DNA of 45,678 nt from IMG/VR virus record IMGVR_UViG_2663763326_000005. One strand, given 5' to 3'. Source of the DNA: a virus (taxonomy: Duplodnaviria > Heunggongvirae > Uroviricota > Caudoviricetes). The translations under genes were made by a program, and so were the position numbers. Every line of letters starts with the position of its first letter. The first letter of the stretch is position 1. Of the stretch, positions 40,902 to 45,678 are shown piece after piece. Below the pieces are notes generated by a model. That model searched no databases and was not told where the DNA came from. It saw only the letters and a program-made list of their open reading frames with translations.

Positions 40902-41198
40902 ATGAACGCTTATTACATTCAGGATCGTCTTGAGGCTCAAAGCTGGGCGCGTCACTACCAGCAGATCGCCCGTGAAGAGAAAGAGGCAGAACTGGCAGAC
41001 GACATGGAAAAAGGTCTTCCACAGCACCTGTTTGAATCACTCTGCATCGATCATTTGCAACGCTGCGGGGCCAGCAAAAAAGCCATTACCCGTGCGTTTG
41101 ATGACGATGTTGAGTTTCAGGAGCGCATGGCAGAACACATCCGGTACATGGTTGAAACCATTGCTCACCACCATGTTGATATTGATTCAGAGGTATAA
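40902..41198 (+). CDS. gam: Gam (RecBCD inhibitor), short GamS-like form
   Basis: [98 protein letters not shown] matches lambda Gam; no in-frame upstream ATG for a long form. Confidence 0.9.
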   Translation: MNAYYIQDRLEAQSWARHYQQIAREEKEAELADDMEKGLPQHLFESLCIDHLQRCGASKKAITRAFDDDVEFQERMAEHIRYMVETIAHHHVDIDSEV

Positions 41199-41203
41199 AA
41201 CGG

Positions 41204-41989
41204 ATGAGTACAGCACTCGCAACGCTGGCTGGGAAGCTGGCTGAACGTGTCGGCATGGATTCTGTCGACCCACAGGAACTGATCACCACTCTTCGTCAGA
41301 CGGCATTTAAAGGTGATGCCAGCGATGCGCAGTTCATCGCATTGCTGATCGTCGCCAACCAGTACGGCCTTAATCCGTGGACGAAAGAAATTTACGCCTT
41401 CCCTGATAAGCAGAACGGCATCGTTCCGGTGGTGGGCGTTGATGGCTGGTCCCGCATCATCAATGAAAACCAGCAGTTTGATGGCATGGACTTTGAGCAG
41501 GACAATGAATCATGTACGTGCCGGATTTACCGCAAAGACCGCAATCATCCGATCTGCGTTACCGAATGGATGGATGAATGCCGCCGCGAACCATTCAAAA
41601 CTCGCGAAGGCAGAGAAATCACGGGGCCGTGGCAGTCGCATCCCAAACGGATGTTACGGCATAAAGCCATGATTCAGTGTGCCCGTCTGGCCTTCGGATT
41701 TGCTGGTATCTATGACAAGGATGAAGCCGAGCGCATTGTCGAAAATACTGCATACACTGCGGAACGTCAGCCGGAACGCGACATCACTCCGGTTAACGAT
41801 GAAACCATGCAGGAGATTAACACTCTGCTGATTGCCCTGGACAAAACATGGGATGACGACTTATTGCCGCTCTGTTCCCAGATATTTCGCCGCGACATTC
41901 GCGCATCGTCAGAACTGACACAGGCCGAAGCAGTGAAAGCTCTTGGATTCCTGAAACAGAAAGCCACTGAGCAGAAGGTGGCAGCATGA
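41204..41989 (+). CDS. bet: Bet (Red-beta single-strand annealing protein)
   Basis: [72 protein letters not shown]..; 261 aa. Confidence 0.9.
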   Translation: MSTALATLAGKLAERVGMDSVDPQELITTLRQTAFKGDASDAQFIALLIVANQYGLNPWTKEIYAFPDKQNGIVPVVGVDGWSRIINENQQFDGMDFEQDNESCTCRIYRKDRNHPICVTEWMDECRREPFKTREGREITGPWQSHPKRMLRHKAMIQCARLAFGFAGIYDKDEAERIVENTAYTAERQPERDITPVNDETMQEINTLLIALDKTWDDDLLPLCSQIFRRDIRASSELTQAEAVKALGFLKQKATEQKVAA

Positions 41990-42666
41990 CACCGGACATT
42001 ATCCTGCAGCGTACCGGGATCGACGTGAGAGCTGTCGAACAGGGGGATGATGCATGGCACAAATTACGGCTCGGCGTCATCACCGCTTCAGAAGTTCACA
42101 ACGTGATAGCAAAGCCCCGCTCAGGAAAGAAGTGGCCTGACATGAAAATGTCCTACTTCCACACCCTGCTGGCTGAGGTTTGCACCGGTGTGGCTCCGGA
42201 AGTTAATGCTAAGGCGCTGGCGTGGGGAAAACAGTACGAGAACGACGCCAGAACCCTGTTTGAATTCACTTCCGGCGTGAATGTTACTGAATCCCCGATC
42301 ATCTATCGCGACGAAAGTATGCGCACCGCCTGCTCTCCCGATGGTTTATGCAGTGACGGCAATGGCCTTGAGCTGAAATGCCCGTTTACCTCCCGGGATT
42401 TCATGAAGTTCCGGCTCGGTGGTTTCGAGGCCATAAAGTCGGCTTACATGGCCCAGGTGCAGTACAGCATGTGGGTGACACGAAAAGATGCCTGGTACTT
42501 TGCCAACTATGACCCACGAATGAAGCGTGAAGGCCTGCATTATGTCGTGGTTGAGCGGGATGAAAAGTACATGGCGAGTTTTGACGAGATGGTGCCGGAG
42601 TTCATCGAAAAAATGGACGAAGCACTGGCTGAAATTGGTTTTGTATTTGGAGAGCAATGGCGATGA
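41986..42666 (+). CDS. exo: Exo (Red-alpha 5-prime to 3-prime exonuclease)
   Basis: [69 protein letters not shown]..; 226 aa. Confidence 0.9.
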   Translation: MTPDIILQRTGIDVRAVEQGDDAWHKLRLGVITASEVHNVIAKPRSGKKWPDMKMSYFHTLLAEVCTGVAPEVNAKALAWGKQYENDARTLFEFTSGVNVTESPIIYRDESMRTACSPDGLCSDGNGLELKCPFTSRDFMKFRLGGFEAIKSAYMAQVQYSMWVTRKDAWYFANYDPRMKREGLHYVVVERDEKYMASFDEMVPEFIEKMDEALAEIGFVFGEQWR

Positions 42667-42845
42667 CCCATCCTCACGATAATATCCGGGTAGGCGCGAT
42701 CACTTTCGTCTACTCCGTTACAAAGCGAGGCTGGGTATTTCACGGTCTTTCTGTTATCCGAAATCCGCTGAAAGCCCAGCGGCTGGCTGAGGAGATAAAT
42801 AATAAACGGGGGGCGGTATGCACAAAGCATCTCCTGTTGAGTTAA
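42657..42845 (+). CDS. small b-region protein (lambda orf61-like)
   Basis: 62-codon ORF directly after exo, overlapping its end. Confidence 0.5.
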   Translation: MAMTHPHDNIRVGAITFVYSVTKRGWVFHGLSVIRNPLKAQRLAEEINNKRGAVCTKHLLLS

Positions 42846-43009
42846 GAACGAGTATTGATTTGGCACATAGCCTTGCTCAAATTGGAGTCAGGTTTGTGCC
42901 AATACCAGCAGAAACAGACGAAGAATTTCATACGTTAGCCACATCCCTTTCACAAAAGCTGGAAATGATGGTGGCGAAAGCAGAAGCAGATGAGAGAGAC
43001 CAGGTATGA
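42818..43009 (+). CDS. small b-region protein (lambda orf63-like)
   Basis: 63-codon ORF, acidic C-terminus; overlaps neighbours. Confidence 0.5.
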   Translation: MHKASPVELRTSIDLAHSLAQIGVRFVPIPAETDEEFHTLATSLSQKLEMMVAKAEADERDQV

Positions 43010-43089
43010 CAACCACTGAATGCATTTTTCTGGCAGCGGGCTTCATATTCTGTGTGCTTATGCTTGCCGACATGGGGCTTGTTCAGTGA
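43006..43089 (+). CDS. possible 27-aa hydrophobic peptide
   Basis: Hand-translated ATG at 43006 (ATGA overlap with the preceding stop): MTTTECIFLAAGFIFCVLMLADMGLVQ; one predicted transmembrane helix. Below the ORF-track cutoff. Confidence 0.25.
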   Translation: MTTTECIFLAAGFIFCVLMLADMGLVQ

Positions 43090-43301
43090 CACCTCAGCAA
43101 GAAAATGCCCTTCGCAGCATTGCCCGTCAGGCTAATTCTGAAATCAAAAAAGTCAGACAGCAGTTTCCGGATAAAAACGTCAATGACATTTGCCGTAGCG
43201 TACTGAAGAAGCACCGCGAAACGGTAACGCTGAAGGGATTCACACCGACTCATTTAAGCCTGGCAATCGGCATGTTAAACGGCGTCTTTAAGGAACGATG
43301 A
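43086..43301 (+). CDS. small hypothetical b-region protein
   Basis: ORF 43020..43301; likely start at GTG 43086 (..TPQQENALRSIARQANSEIKKVRQQFPDKNVNDICRSVLKKHRETVTLKGF..). Confidence 0.4.
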   Translation: MTPQQENALRSIARQANSEIKKVRQQFPDKNVNDICRSVLKKHRETVTLKGFTPTHLSLAIGMLNGVFKER

Positions 43302-43399
43302 ACATGAAAAGCAAAATTATCAGGGAGCTACAGGCTCCTTTTTTATTGTTCGCATTCACCCTCAAGCGTATTAACCAACAGTTCAGGGATTAATGAAAG

Positions 43400-43621
43400 A
43401 TGGCAGACATCATTGATTCAGCATCAGAAATAGAAGAATTACAGCGCAACACAGCAATAAAAATGCGCCGCCTGAACTACCTGGCTGTATCTGCCACTCA
43501 TTGTTGTGAGTGTGGCGATCCGATAGATGAACGAAGACGCCTGGCCGTTCAGGGTTGTCGGACTTGCGCCAGTTGCCAGCAAGATCTGGAGCTTATCCGC
43601 AAACAAAGGGGGATTAAGTGA
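43400..43621 (+). CDS. DksA/TraR-type C4 zinc-finger protein
   Basis: 73 aa with CxxC..17..CxxC (CCECGDPIDERRRLAVQGCRTCASC), typical of phage TraR-like proteins. Confidence 0.7.
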   Translation: MADIIDSASEIEELQRNTAIKMRRLNYLAVSATHCCECGDPIDERRRLAVQGCRTCASCQQDLELIRKQRGIK

Positions 43622-43947
43622 TGGCTAACCTGCAACTTGCTGTTAAAAGTGAATACTTCGATGCCATGATTCGCGGAGAGAAAACGGAAGAGTATCGCTT
43701 GTGTAATGACTACTGGAATAAGCGAATTATGTTCCGGGAATATGACCGCCTGATTATCACAAAGGGATATCCGAAGCGCGACGATTCCAGTCGCAGAATT
43801 GATGTTCCGTATGACGGATATGAAGTGAAGACAATCACACATCCGCACTTTGGCGATAAACCGGTAAAGGTGTTCGCTATAAAGGTGAATATCAGCACTG
43901 AATATCAATCCGCACAACACAAGGTCAAGAATGTTCAGAGTGATTGA
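43621..43947 (+). CDS. ASCH-like (PUA-fold) domain protein, hypothetical
   Basis: About 108 aa with a GxKxxExR-type motif (IRGEKTEEYR) near the N-terminus as in ASCH domains; start overlaps the TraR-like stop (TGATG). Confidence 0.4.
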   Translation: MANLQLAVKSEYFDAMIRGEKTEEYRLCNDYWNKRIMFREYDRLIITKGYPKRDDSSRRIDVPYDGYEVKTITHPHFGDKPVKVFAIKVNISTEYQSAQHKVKNVQSD

Positions 43948-44170
43948 CCCTAACACCTGGTACGTCGACCACCACGGCACTCCCTGCAAAATCCTGCGTT
44001 CTACCCACAACAAAGTTCACTACATCCGAAAAGGCAGAACATGTATCGCCAGCATGTTCCGCTTTAATCATGACTTTGAACCTGTGAATAAAGCTGATGC
44101 AGATCGGATAGCAGAAGAGATCGAAACGGCAGAACACATTAAGAAGTTACGTGACATGCGCAGGAAATAG
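43931..44170 (+). CDS. small basic hypothetical protein (79 aa)
   Basis: ORF whose start overlaps the end of the ASCH-like gene by 17 nt. Confidence 0.4.
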   Translation: MFRVIDPNTWYVDHHGTPCKILRSTHNKVHYIRKGRTCIASMFRFNHDFEPVNKADADRIAEEIETAEHIKKLRDMRRK

Positions 44171-44309
44171 AAAAATTGATAAATTCAATACTGCATTTCT
44201 CAGCATTAAATTTATCTCTATGACCAGTCAAGAGATGTACCTGCCATGAGCTTAATATCATGTCAGATATATCGGTCACAAACTCCCTCAGCAGCTAAGA
44301 GGAGGACAA

Positions 44310-44546
44310 ATGTCTCGACTAATCACTTTACAGGACTGGGCTAAAGAAGAATTTGGGGACTTAGCACCAAGTGAGCGAGTTCTGAAAAAATACGCGCAAG
44401 GGAAAATGATGGCCCCACCCGCTATAAAAGTTGGTCGCTACTGGATGATTGACCGAAATTCCCGTTTTGTAGGAACGCTTGCAGAACCGCAACTCCCAAT
44501 AAACGCAAACCCAAAACTCCAAAGGATAATCGCTGATGGCTGCTAG
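44310..44546 (+). CDS. excisionase-like protein (Xis)
   Basis: 78-aa ORF immediately upstream of and overlapping int; N-terminus MSRLITLQDWAKEE resembles the Xis LTLQEWA motif; AGAGGAGG RBS. Confidence 0.65.
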   Translation: MSRLITLQDWAKEEFGDLAPSERVLKKYAQGKMMAPPAIKVGRYWMIDRNSRFVGTLAEPQLPINANPKLQRIIADGC

Positions 44547-45678
44547 ACCCCGATCTCACAAAATCTCTATACCCAATTTATATTGCAAATTAGATAAGCG
44601 AACCGGAAAGGTATATTGGCAATACAAACATCCACTATCCGGTCGTTTTCATAGCTTAGGAACTGATGAGAATGAAGCAAAACAAGTTGCTACTGAAGCA
44701 AATACCATTATTGCTGAACAACGTACCAGACAAATATTAAGCGTCAATGAGCGTCTGGAAAGAATGAAAGGCAGGCGCTCAGACATTACGGTGACAGAAT
44801 GGCTTGATAAATATATTTCTATCCAAGAGGACAGGCTGCAACATAATGAACTAAGACCCAACTCCTATCGGCAAAAAGGCAAACCCATTCGTCTTTTCCG
44901 TGAGCATTGTGGAATGCAACACCTCAAGGATATTACCGCACTTGATATTGCCGAAATAATTGATGCTGTAAAGGCTGAAGGTCATAACAGGATGGCGCAA
45001 GTCGTGAGAATGGTGTTGATCGACGTCTTCAAAGAAGCACAACACGCAGGACATGTTCCGCCAGGATTTAACCCAGCGCAGGCAACAAAACAACCGCGAA
45101 ATCGAGTAAACCGCCAAAGATTGTCACTGCCCGAATGGCAGGCAATATTTGACAGCGTAAGCAGACGGCAGCCCTATTTAAAATGCGGCATGCTACTTGC
45201 TCTTGTTACTGGACAACGTTTAGGCGATATCTGCAATTTGAAATTCTCTGATATATGGGACGACATGTTGCACATTACTCAGGAAAAAACCGGTTCAAAA
45301 CTTGCTATTCCGCTTAACCTGAAATGCGATGCTCTGAATATTACCCTTCGTGAAGTTATATCTCAGTGCAGGGATGCTGTTGTTAGTAAATATCTGGTCC
45401 ATTACCGTCACACTACCTCTCAAGCAAACAGAGGAGACCAGGTTTCTGCAAATACTCTGACAACGGCTTTTAAAAAGGCCCGGGAAAAATGTGGCATAAA
45501 ATGGGAGCAAGGAACTGCGCCCACATTTCATGAGCAGCGATCTCTGTCAGAACGGTTATATCGGGAACAGGGTCTGGATACGCAAAAGTTGTTAGGCCAT
45601 AAATCCAGAAAAATGACCGACCGATACAATGATGATCGTGGTAAAGACTGGATTATCGTAGATATCAAAACAGCATAG
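44536..45678 (+). CDS. int: tyrosine integrase, complete (stop is the last codon of the window)
   Basis: 380-aa ORF with the recombinase C-terminal catalytic region (..HEQRSLSERLYREQG..LLGHKSRKMTDRYNDD..), located next to xis at the prophage end. Confidence 0.85.
   Translation: MAARPRSHKISIPNLYCKLDKRTGKVYWQYKHPLSGRFHSLGTDENEAKQVATEANTIIAEQRTRQILSVNERLERMKGRRSDITVTEWLDKYISIQEDRLQHNELRPNSYRQKGKPIRLFREHCGMQHLKDITALDIAEIIDAVKAEGHNRMAQVVRMVLIDVFKEAQHAGHVPPGFNPAQATKQPRNRVNRQRLSLPEWQAIFDSVSRRQPYLKCGMLLALVTGQRLGDICNLKFSDIWDDMLHITQEKTGSKLAIPLNLKCDALNITLREVISQCRDAVVSKYLVHYRHTTSQANRGDQVSANTLTTAFKKAREKCGIKWEQGTAPTFHEQRSLSERLYREQGLDTQKLLGHKSRKMTDRYNDDRGKDWIIVDIKTA

Overview
The window is almost entirely one lambda-like (lambdoid) prophage, read here in inverted orientation, with the 3-prime part of a sitD-like metal-transporter permease gene at the left edge (1-855). 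On the minus strand, from right to left, lie cro, a CII-like gene, O (with five ori iterons), P, a cargo island, the nin-region genes ybcN/ninE/ybcO/rusA, a Q-position late regulator, the lysis cassette S-R-Rz/Rz1, cos, and the full lambda head and tail gene set Nu1-A-W-B-C-D-E-FI-FII-Z-U-V-G-T-H-M-L-K-I-J plus a side tail fiber. On the plus strand lie cI, a PL region, gam-bet-exo, small accessory ORFs, an excisionase-like gene and a complete tyrosine integrase ending at the last base of the window. Head, tail, cos and recombination genes look essentially lambda-identical from recalled lambda protein sequences, whereas the immunity region, the late regulator, the holin and the tail fiber are not lambda-type. 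The most interesting material is accessory: (1) an AT-rich cargo island between P and ybcN carrying a secreted alpha/beta-hydrolase convergent with a 1421-aa inverse-autotransporter adhesin that contains three near-perfect 357-bp tandem repeats, with an IS66-family element inserted between them flanked by an 8-bp duplication; (2) an N-gene locus with no recognisable N protein but two long inverted repeats just downstream of the candidate PL; (3) a small acidic protein plus small membrane protein pair coupled to the tail-fibre gene; (4) a zinc-finger / ASCH-like / small basic protein chain next to xis-int. Four reading frames (J twice, Z, sitD) are broken by +/-1 indels that all fall in homopolymer runs, so either the prophage is defective or the sequence carries homopolymer errors. 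All identifications are from reading the sequence and from memory of lambda proteins; no database search was run.
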